DNA from: a virus
Strand: one strand, 5' to 3'
IMG/VR virus record: IMGVR_UViG_3300032241_000811
Span: 1-64,000 of that record
DNA: 64,000 nucleotides
Position 1 is the stretch's first letter; each line of letters opens with the position of its first letter. The translations under genes and the position numbers were made by a program. Below the pieces are notes generated by a model, which made no database searches, was not told the DNA's origin, and saw only the letters and a list, made by a program, of their open reading frames with translations. This document shows positions 38,738 to 46,385 of the stretch, piece by piece.

Positions 38738-38812
38738 TGGAGGACGCAATGGGATTCGAACCCATGACTTACGGTTTAAAAGACCGCTACTCTACCACTG
38801 AGTTATGCGTCC
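38738..38812 (-). tRNA. tRNA-Lys(TTT)
   Basis: loop CTTTTAA; CCA. Confidence 0.9.
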
Positions 38813-38816
38813 ATAA

Positions 38817-38890
38817 TGGCTGGGAGACAGGGACTCGAACCCCAATATACGGAATCAAAATCCGCAGTCCTACCATTAGACGATCTCCCA
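38817..38890 (-). tRNA. tRNA-Gln(TTG)
   Basis: loop TTTTGAT; GCCA. Confidence 0.9.
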
Positions 38891-38893
38891 ATA

Positions 38894-39271
38894 TTATTGT
38901 GAAAGTCTCTTTGCTTTAGCTTCTGCTGAGACTGACTCAAATAGGTTCATGTTGTCATGGACTCTCTTGACATCTTCTTCTACATTTGGATTGTAGTCTT
39001 TGAAGTTGTCGCCGTGACCGAGCAAGAGATGGCACTCTTTGTCCATGCACAAAGTAATAAGATTTGTTGGTTCAAGTTCTAATTCAGGAAACAAGTGGAA
39101 CGGCTTCTTGTGATGCACATTCAGCTTCTTGTCTGAACCGCAGCAAGCACATACTGGTTGTTCTTTTAGGTGTGCGTGTTCTACTGCTGGCCAATGAGGG
39201 CTGCGCGGCTTTTCAATGCCTGCTGCATCGTCTCTGTTGGCTGCGACTGATAAATCTTTCTTCTGTGTCAT
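38894..39271 (-). CDS. HNH endonuclease
   Basis: CACCG..LNVHH..P...NLITLC...CH...GH; TAAATA hairpin at 39275-39302. Confidence 0.85.
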   Translation of the reverse strand: MTQKKDLSVAANRDDAAGIEKPRSPHWPAVEHAHLKEQPVCACCGSDKKLNVHHKKPFHLFPELELEPTNLITLCMDKECHLLLGHGDNFKDYNPNVEEDVKRVHDNMNLFESVSAEAKAKRLSQ

Positions 39272-39307
39272 ATCAATACTCCTTGGTTGACGGAGTATTT
39301 ATGAAAT

Positions 39308-39352
39308 TGGTACTAGCGGGTGGGATCGAACCACCTACCACACGGTTATCAG
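39308..39352 (-). pseudogene. 3' half of tRNA-Ile(GAT)
   Basis: CTGATAA loop, T arm, ACCA; 5' half absent. Confidence 0.75.
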
Positions 39353-39419
39353 TTTGATGTTTACCTATGTAGAATTTTTGATTTATTTTGTTAGTAATAT
39401 GATAGATAGTGTAGAACAT
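39345..39419 (-). pseudogene. N-terminal fragment of a GIY-YIG endonuclease
   Basis: MFYTIYHITNKINQKFYIGKHQTDN, similar to the start of 35715. Confidence 0.8.
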
Positions 39420-39478
39420 TTAGAGAATCCGATTTGTATAAGCCCATATAGGTTATTTATACAAATCGGATTCTGATG
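39420..39478 (-). mobile_element. tRNA 3'-end cassette leader, copy B
   Basis: CATC-agaatccgatttgTATAAATAACCTATATGGG-tatacaaatcggattct. Confidence 0.75.
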
Positions 39479-39554
39479 TCAGCGTAGATGGATTTGAACC
39501 ATCGGTCTCCTGCTCCCAAGGCAGGCGGATTAAACCATACTTTCCCACACGCTG
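39479..39554 (-). tRNA. tRNA-Pro(TGG), no encoded CCA
   Basis: CAGCGTG/TACGCTG stem; loop CTTGGGA. Confidence 0.85.
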
Positions 39555-39560
39555 TTATTC

Positions 39561-39605
39561 TGGCGACCCATAGCGGTTACGATCCGCTGACACATCTTAG
39601 ACAGA
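39561..39605 (-). pseudogene. 3' half of tRNA-Asp(GTC)
   Basis: CTGTCTA loop, T arm, GCCA; 5' half absent. Confidence 0.7.
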
Positions 39606-39661
39606 GAAGCCTCCGAATACTAAACCCATATAGGTTATTTAGTAAACGGAGGACTTCAATG
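39606..39661 (-). mobile_element. tRNA 3'-end cassette leader, copy C
   Basis: CATT-gaagtcctccg..cTAAATAACCTATATGGG..cggaggcttc. Confidence 0.7.
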
Positions 39662-39750
39662 TAGGCGTGTAGGGACTCGAACCCTAGCGAGAACACCGAT
39701 CTAGTGCTAAAGGGATTATAAGGCCCTCCGGTATACCTATACTCACGCCT
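39662..39750 (-). tRNA. atypical tRNA(TAT) with long variable arm, no encoded CCA
   Basis: AGGCGTG/CACGCCT stem; loop CTTATAA; V-arm hairpin; reduced D arm. Confidence 0.7.
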
Positions 39751-39758
39751 TTATTTGT

Positions 39759-39944
39759 TTACAACACCTTGGCAATCAGCCAGAGAATACCTACAACAAG
39801 AATAATCACAATCAAGATGACGGGAATAGCCCAGAAAGGCGCAAGAACCCACCACCAAGACCAGTCAATATAACCCATAAGCTTCAACACAATGAACACA
39901 ATACCCAATGTGCTGAGAAAACCAGGTCCTACTTGAACGCTCAC
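39759..39944 (-). CDS. small membrane protein
   Basis: IVLKL.G.IDWSWWWVLAP.W motif. Confidence 0.7.
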   Translation of the reverse strand: MSVQVGPGFLSTLGIVFIVLKLMGYIDWSWWWVLAPFWAIPVILIVIILVVGILWLIAKVL

Positions 39945-39983
39945 ATTCTTATCTATGACAATATATCCTTTTCAAAACATTTT

Positions 39984-40059
39984 TGGTAGCCGCTGTGGGA
40001 CTCGAACCCACCCTTGGACGATTTTAAGTCGTCTGTCTCTACCACTGGACTAAGCGGCC
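39984..40059 (-). tRNA. tRNA-Leu(TAA), short variable loop
   Basis: loop CTTAAAA; CCA. Confidence 0.85.
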
Positions 40060-40066
40060 GATATTC

Positions 40067-40143
40067 TGGCGGTCCCGGAGGGATTCGAACCCCCAACTCG
40101 CCGCTTAGAAGGCGGCTGCTCTATCCAGTTGAACTACGGAACC
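40067..40143 (-). tRNA. tRNA-Arg(TCT)
   Basis: loop CTTCTAA; GCCA. Confidence 0.9.
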
Positions 40144-40362
40144 AATAATCTATTTATATAGTTGCAGCAACATCCTTATAGAAGGCTTCAATAAACTTAC
40201 CATCAAGAAACTTTTCGCCCGTCTCAGCAGCCTTAACATAGTCCACAAAGAATAGCTTGTGTATGATAGCATCATCTTCATAGCATGTCAAGTCAAAACC
40301 AATCGGGTCTCCGATATGCAACTCGATATCATACGAACGGTGGCGTGAAAGCATCATGGTCG

Positions 40363-40812
40363 TTAAGCTGCCTTTTTATTGGTTGTAACACTCGCAACAT
40401 GCTTGCACATTTTGCGAAACTGAAAGCCCAGACAGTCACACGAATAATGCCGGGTTGTTCCATCATAAGTAACAGTGTAAGTCTTTTCTGGCGTCTTGCG
40501 CGATGCAGACTTCACGACCCATGACTTGAGAACAGGCAAATCTTCCTTTACTTTCTCAGCTTTTGTATTGTCATCATACACTATATCTACTACTGTGTCA
40601 AGAGATACCACTGAATGCGGAAAATTAGGATTGCCAGTCGATAGACGAAAAGTATTTGGGCTATCAAGCTTACCACGATCAACAACAATTCCGCGCTTGA
40701 CGCTAATGCGTTCCACATTCTGACTATAACCTTTCATCAACTTTGACCAATCGGAAGTCACGGTAATGCGAGAACCGACCTTGGGTGCTTGAAAAACAAA
40801 AGACTTATTCAT
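40363..40812 (-). CDS. SWIM zinc-finger protein
   Basis: Y.V...SCDCLGF.FR..CKH. Confidence 0.75.
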   Translation of the reverse strand: MNKSFVFQAPKVGSRITVTSDWSKLMKGYSQNVERISVKRGIVVDRGKLDSPNTFRLSTGNPNFPHSVVSLDTVVDIVYDDNTKAEKVKEDLPVLKSWVVKSASRKTPEKTYTVTYDGTTRHYSCDCLGFQFRKMCKHVASVTTNKKAA

Positions 40813-41058
40813 TCCGCTTCCCGAACAATTTCAAATCCATTTTTGAACTCACCATCAAGAAAGCGGATGCCATAAGCAACAGCCTTGTCCTCGGTCTTAA
40901 AGCGATCTTGCCAAACACAATCATCATCCTCAAAACAGAACAGATTGTACATGCCGCTGTGATCTTCATCTTTTTCTACAATAGTATAGCGATAACCCAT
41001 ATCTTTTCCTCATCAATACGTATATTATAACACAATAACCTTTGGAAAGCAAGGCATA

Positions 41059-41520
41059 TTAGCCCCGCTTCTTTTGAGCAAGTGACAGCTTATAAAGCTG
41101 AGACAAGGCACGTTCGGTTCCATTGGCTTCAATTTCCCAAGGGTAGAACAAATAGTTGATCAGCTTATCACTCAGCTTCCACTTCTTACCCATCCAGTAT
41201 GCGGTATGAATGTCATGTTCCTTCAGTTCCTTTCGCGCATACTGCTTTACGTGTACCATCTCATGTGCTAGAACCTTGAGTTGCTTTGCACGGCTCATCT
41301 TGGGGTTGATTGAAACTTCAAATACACGTGACCCGTGGCGCCCCTCATCTACAGCAAAACAATGCCCATCAGCCATGCCATCCTTTTCAAATGTCAGCAT
41401 GATGTCAAGGTTCTGGCTCAGCTTGGGGCCCAACAGGGCTTCAGCGTAGAACTTGACGGCGTGCTTTGTTTCGCGGCGCGTCAGAGCGCCTGGCTTTCCA
41501 AATATATCAATGTTGATCAT
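41059..41520 (-). CDS. zincin-like metallopeptidase
   Basis: LAHEMVHVKQY, PWEIEA. Confidence 0.8.
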   Translation of the reverse strand: MINIDIFGKPGALTRRETKHAVKFYAEALLGPKLSQNLDIMLTFEKDGMADGHCFAVDEGRHGSRVFEVSINPKMSRAKQLKVLAHEMVHVKQYARKELKEHDIHTAYWMGKKWKLSDKLINYLFYPWEIEANGTERALSQLYKLSLAQKKRG

Positions 41521-41720
41521 TACCGAACCGCCGGAGAAACACTATAACTTGTAATCATATAGTCCTTATCATTTTGCCACTTGGTATTCAAGATATACTT
41601 GACTAGCTTTTCCTCAGCATTCTTGTAGTCCTTGGCAATGATGCGAAGATAAATCATCTTATCCCAAGGCATCAAGGTTCTTGCTATTCATACTAAAGTC
41701 CTTTCATCAAGTTATGCCTT

Positions 41721-41841
41721 CTTATAGCATAGCTGGACCTATGCCGCAAGCGCAAAATGCGAATGCCTGCTATGCAGTTTATGCAAGGCAGGCAGCTGGC
41801 TAAGTCATTGATTTTATTGGGATTTTAGGAACCCCTTGATT
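41721..41841 (-). promoter_or_regulatory. early promoter with operator (copy 5) and IHF-like sites
   Basis: TTGCGG-N17-TATAAG; motif 41761-41786; AATCAAtgacTTA at 41801-41813. Confidence 0.7.
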
Positions 41842-41867
41842 TCATTGAGTTTTATCTTCTGGTTGTA

Positions 41868-42098
41868 TCAGACCAATAGACTAAACTCCTGGTTGATGTT
41901 GTCAAGGTCCACATGGTTCGTCTTGCGTATCATGAAAGCAGGTGTCCAACCTGAGAAGGCCCCACCGTTGGTGAGAAACTTCACATAATCATGTGCAGCA
42001 TCTTCATAAAAAAAGGACGCAATCGTATGCAGCGTGGTGTGTTCCACTACATCCCAAGTGAAGTCTGTTTCATCCAGAACTACTGTATATTTTGTCAT
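41868..42098 (-). CDS. hypothetical protein
   Basis: coupled to the gp41 stop; GG.F.GWTP.F motif. Confidence 0.6.
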   Translation of the reverse strand: MTKYTVVLDETDFTWDVVEHTTLHTIASFFYEDAAHDYVKFLTNGGAFSGWTPAFMIRKTNHVDLDNINQEFSLLV

Positions 42099-43507
42099 GC
42101 TACTTTGATTCCTTTGAACTTGTCTCTGTTATTGGTATCATTATTCTTTCCAGTAAATGTTTGTTTACCAGAAACCGGTATAGTTTGCTGCCCACTGTCA
42201 ACAATGTTTTGTGCCGATGCTTCCACATCATATAGCTTCATCTTAGCACGATTGATGCCCAGAACAAATCTCTTGTTGACGTTGGGATCATTATATCTGT
42301 TCTTGAGTTGCTTCACCATGATCTGCCCCAATTTGTCAAGGTTCTCATTTGCGATAAGCGCAAACATGAAGTCAGCAGTTGCAGGCAATCCAAACGATTC
42401 AGAAGTATCTTCAAGCCCCACATCAGTTGATACAAAGCCTGTTCTGTTTGTCTGAGTTGCTGTCAATAGAGGCACTTCGGCTTCAACCGCAAGCCCTCTG
42501 AGTTCTTCTGCAATAGCCTTCACATAGGTATATGAGTTGCCCCCTTCACCAGCACGAATACGAGATGAACAGCAAATGTTCAGATAGTCAATGATCATGA
42601 CATCTGGTTTGAACTTCTTCTTGAGATGCAGTTCGTTCAGCAAAGCCTTGAAGTGAATGGAGCCTGCACTGGCCGTTGGATACTCTTTGACGATCAGTTT
42701 TCCATTGCTCTTGGACTTTAGCTTTTCAGCTTTAGTCTTATACATATCTTTTGGCATGTTCATCAAATCATCAAAAGTCACATTCATCAGATTTGCGTCA
42801 ATGCGCTTAGCCACTTCTTCTTCTGCAAGTTCTAGTGTGATATACAACACATTCTTACCTTGATTGATAAGAGAAGCAGCATAGTGACACATAAAAAGAG
42901 ATTTACCAACACCAGTACCAGCAAGGGCAACATTCAAAGTTTTCTTGGGCAATCCGCCTTTTGTAATCTTGTTGAAAAACTCCAAGTCAAACGGCAGACG
43001 TTCTTCCACACGATGATAGTAATCATAACGCTTGTCATATTGCTCAAAGTAATCATGACCAACATTTGGATCAAATGAAACTGCAAGCGCATCTGAAAGT
43101 ATCTTGGGAATGGCACCTGTAGTCAAGGCGCCACCCTTCTTGTCCATAATCTCAATAGACTTCATGATTGCATGATACAGAGCCTTATCTTGACAGAACT
43201 TTTCAGTTGTGTCAATCAGCCAATCTTCATTGGTAGGCTCATCTTGCGCCTTGAAGTCATTGATGGCCGCTGTGATACTCTTGACTTGATCATCCTTGAG
43301 GTTACGCAAGGAATCAATTTCAATCAACAGTGCATCAGTTGTAGGAGGCTTATTATACTTGAGGATAAATTCCTTGATTTCATTGAATAGAACTTTTTCA
43401 TTCTCATCAGTGAAATACTCAATCTTTATGAAAGGCAATACTCTGCGAGTGTAGCTTTCATTCCTCAGTAACGACTTGAGTATCGTCTTTTCCAGACTTG
43501 TTTGCAT
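42095..43507 (-). CDS. 41: replicative helicase gp41
   Basis: AGTGVGKS, KEYPT, IDYLNIC, ATQTNR, SESFGLPATAD, KQLKNRY. Confidence 0.96.
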   Translation of the reverse strand: MQTSLEKTILKSLLRNESYTRRVLPFIKIEYFTDENEKVLFNEIKEFILKYNKPPTTDALLIEIDSLRNLKDDQVKSITAAINDFKAQDEPTNEDWLIDTTEKFCQDKALYHAIMKSIEIMDKKGGALTTGAIPKILSDALAVSFDPNVGHDYFEQYDKRYDYYHRVEERLPFDLEFFNKITKGGLPKKTLNVALAGTGVGKSLFMCHYAASLINQGKNVLYITLELAEEEVAKRIDANLMNVTFDDLMNMPKDMYKTKAEKLKSKSNGKLIVKEYPTASAGSIHFKALLNELHLKKKFKPDVMIIDYLNICCSSRIRAGEGGNSYTYVKAIAEELRGLAVEAEVPLLTATQTNRTGFVSTDVGLEDTSESFGLPATADFMFALIANENLDKLGQIMVKQLKNRYNDPNVNKRFVLGINRAKMKLYDVEASAQNIVDSGQQTIPVSGKQTFTGKNNDTNNRDKFKGIKVA

Positions 43508-43787
43508 CAGCTTCAGCGACCTCCAATATCATAGCATTCAAAATAAGACCAGCGAAGTTCTCAAACTTCTTGTCATTGCGTAAACTGGTTTCAGTATGGT
43601 TCTCACCAAGTTCAATCAGGTCATAGCCAAAGTTTAGCTTTGCTGTGCCATCACCGACTTCCTTGATTGCCACCTTTGTGAAACGCAGTATAACACCTTT
43701 ATACGGATCAATCAAGAGTTCTATTGGCACCGTATCATATTTTTCACTCAGTTCATCATGAAATCTATAATCTTCACCTAGAATCAT
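43458..43787 (-). CDS. 40: gp40-like head vertex assembly protein
   Basis: position between uvsX and 41, size and sequence pattern. Confidence 0.65.
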   Translation of the reverse strand: MILGEDYRFHDELSEKYDTVPIELLIDPYKGVILRFTKVAIKEVGDGTAKLNFGYDLIELGENHTETSLRNDKKFENFAGLILNAMILEVAEADANKSGKDDTQVVTEE

Positions 43788-44848
43788 TGTTCTTCCTCCT
43801 CAATCTCTTTCTCATTGTTGGTATGACCTCCCATACTTTCCAATGAGTATTTTTGCTCTATATATTGTTCGAGATTTGTTGAAGATAGAATGCTCTCCCA
43901 GAAGTCATCATTATCTACAATATCCTTGGCTCGATACTTGTCACCAATGAAGTTGCCAGATTTATCTGTTTTCTGGAACCACCCAACAGTAGGTTTACCC
44001 AAGAATTTACCATCAACAGCTATATCAAGCAGGCCCGACCATTTATTGACTCCGCCCTCAAAAGTCACTGTAATAGGAATCTTAGACTTTTCTTTTACAT
44101 ATCTTGATTTTTCTACATTGATGATAAAATGATATCCTTGGATTTCTGTACCATCTTTTTCTTGCTGGCGCCCAATGATCCAAACATTATCTGCTGAATA
44201 CATAATACCGGTACCGCCTGATACAACATCTTTTGGGAACATACCGATTTCTTTGTATGTATGATTGATGACGATCAAAGGAATATCCTTCATAGTCAAG
44301 TGTGGTGTCACAACCCTAAACAAAGATTTTAGTGCTTTTGCTCTTGACATATCTGCAACTACTTTTCCATCAACCGCATCGTCTACTTCTTTTTTGGATG
44401 CAAGATTACCCAAAGAATCTATAACAATACATACTTTGTCACCTCGATTCAGTTCTTTTAGTTGAACACTCAAGTCATGTTTGAGTTGTTCAATATCAGT
44501 GATAGGTGTATGAATAACTCTATCTGTATCTACATCAAAGTTTTTGAAATATGATTGTGGTGTTCCAAACTCTGAATCATAAAACAATACGACTCCATCT
44601 GAATACTTTTTCTGAAAGGCGGAAGCCATAATCAGTGAAAACGCAGATTTGAAATGCTTAGATGGACCAGCCAACACTGTAACACCTGGAGTTAGCCCGC
44701 CTTTTATAGACCCAGATAGTGCTACGTTTATCATAGGAACGGGTGTTACTACCATATCTTTTTCATTGTAGATTTTAGATTTACGCAACAATGCCGTTTC
44801 AGGGATTGTTGAGTTTTTCTTCAGTTTATCAAAAAGTGCAGATGCCAT
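43784..44848 (-). CDS. uvsX: RecA-like recombinase
   Basis: AGPSKHFKS, YDSEFG, DS.GNLASKKE, DMSRAK. Confidence 0.96.
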   Translation of the reverse strand: MASALFDKLKKNSTIPETALLRKSKIYNEKDMVVTPVPMINVALSGSIKGGLTPGVTVLAGPSKHFKSAFSLIMASAFQKKYSDGVVLFYDSEFGTPQSYFKNFDVDTDRVIHTPITDIEQLKHDLSVQLKELNRGDKVCIVIDSLGNLASKKEVDDAVDGKVVADMSRAKALKSLFRVVTPHLTMKDIPLIVINHTYKEIGMFPKDVVSGGTGIMYSADNVWIIGRQQEKDGTEIQGYHFIINVEKSRYVKEKSKIPITVTFEGGVNKWSGLLDIAVDGKFLGKPTVGWFQKTDKSGNFIGDKYRAKDIVDNDDFWESILSSTNLEQYIEQKYSLESMGGHTNNEKEIEEEEQ

Positions 44849-44907
44849 ATTTTCTCCTAATAAAAATCTTGGTTTTACTATATAATCATATATATGGAGT
44901 AGACGAA

Positions 44908-45522
44908 ATGAAACATATCCATCACATACTACCTAAACACAGAGGAGGTTCTGATGAACCTTCCAATCTCATAGAACTTTCTATATCAGAACACGCCAAA
45001 GCCCATAAAACATTATGGGCACAGCACGGGCATATTGAAGATTTTATAGCTTGGAAATGCCTTTCTGGAAGAAGATTGTCTGAGTCTGATCGCATCTTGT
45101 TAGCAAAGTCCGGCTTCATAAAGTATATGTCCAATCCAAAAAATAAAGAAAGTTGGAAGCATAATATCAGAAAGGCAAGAAAAAGTCAAGTGATAACAGA
45201 AGAACATAAAAAAAATATAAGTATAAGTCTAAAACGATCATATAATGAAGGAAGAAAAGTATATAAAAAACCTTCTTCGGAAGTGTTATTGAACAACTAT
45301 AACAAAAATAAAGAAAAGATGGCTGAAAATAGAAAGACATCTTCAAAATGGAAAGCCTCAGTTACTTCAAAAGAAAGCAGAGAAAAGAGACGAAAAAACA
45401 GCAAAAAATCTTTCAAAATATTAATTGATGGAAATGTATATGATTCCATAAGACAGGCCGCAAAAGAAAGCGGTTATTCATATTATACTATTAGGTCTAT
45501 GATAAGAAAAGGGCTTCTATGA
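44908..45522 (+). CDS. HNH homing endonuclease (opposite strand)
   Basis: HHILPKH.GG.D...NL..L...EH..AH; C-terminal IENR/NUMOD1-like YDSIRQAA. Confidence 0.85.
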   Translation: MKHIHHILPKHRGGSDEPSNLIELSISEHAKAHKTLWAQHGHIEDFIAWKCLSGRRLSESDRILLAKSGFIKYMSNPKNKESWKHNIRKARKSQVITEEHKKNISISLKRSYNEGRKVYKKPSSEVLLNNYNKNKEKMAENRKTSSKWKASVTSKESREKRRKNSKKSFKILIDGNVYDSIRQAAKESGYSYYTIRSMIRKGLL

Positions 45523-46377
45523 TTTGATAGATTTTGCCCTGATCTTTACTCTAGGCTTCTTCTCTTCTTTGGGTTCTTCATCAGCAATCGTGACATATTC
45601 CAGGCTTCCATAATCATCGCTCATATTTTTCACTGATACGTTGAAAGCTAGAAGCAAACAAATAGCTAACGGATCAAAAACTGCGATAATAATTATTATA
45701 ACAAAACGGATGGCTTTGTCAACTACTTTCGTATCATCAGAGCCATAAATTAGTTCTGCAACATATTTGATAGGTCCAACTTCTGCTTCAACCTTTTTAT
45801 TTTCAGATTCAAGCTTGATCTTTTCAACTTTGAGGCTGGATAGTGTTTCAACTTCCTTTTGCTTTTGATCTATAAGTGCCTTGCGGTTTGCCTTTTGCTG
45901 TTCATTGATTGTTATGGAAGTTGTTGCACGCCCCTTTTCAATCAGCTTATTTACTGAGTTATCAATGACTGCAATCTGCTTGTCTATATCATCCACAACA
46001 CCTTGTTGGATTGAAATCTTTCCATCTACAATCTGAATCTGTTCAGATACGCCTGTGTTGACGGCTAACTGTTGATCAATATGTGCGCGGGATAGAAATC
46101 CAAATATGCCCATGCTGGTGATAAGCATCAACACAATGATTGCAGAGAAAAGATAAACGCGAGTCAGTAGAGGCGCAATCTTCCAGTTGTTATACAACCA
46201 AGAGACAGCGACAAGTTTACCTGTCTCTAATGCTGTGCCCATGATCAGAATCGACCAGAATGCTCCTGCAAACAGCGTTGTCAAACCCACAACAGAATAA
46301 TATGCTGCAACACCAGAAATGGTAATGCCGGATAGAAATGTAAGTATAGGAAGTAGTTTATTTGTGGTCTGTTTCAT
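45517..46377 (-). CDS. membrane coiled-coil protein
   Basis: AAYYSV.GL..LF, LE.GKLV, ITSMGIFGFLS, EVGPIKY, FDPLA. Confidence 0.7.
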   Translation of the reverse strand: MKQTTNKLLPILTFLSGITISGVAAYYSVVGLTTLFAGAFWSILIMGTALETGKLVAVSWLYNNWKIAPLLTRVYLFSAIIVLMLITSMGIFGFLSRAHIDQQLAVNTGVSEQIQIVDGKISIQQGVVDDIDKQIAVIDNSVNKLIEKGRATTSITINEQQKANRKALIDQKQKEVETLSSLKVEKIKLESENKKVEAEVGPIKYVAELIYGSDDTKVVDKAIRFVIIIIIAVFDPLAICLLLAFNVSVKNMSDDYGSLEYVTIADEEPKEEKKPRVKIRAKSIKS

Positions 46378-46385
46378 AGACCTAT

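Noticed and set aside
35716-39661. HDV-like (theta) ribozymes at tRNA 3' ends
   Set aside because: The elements after the CCA-less tRNAs are simple hairpins containing a late promoter; I could not fit a nested double pseudoknot. A motif search would be needed to exclude it fully.
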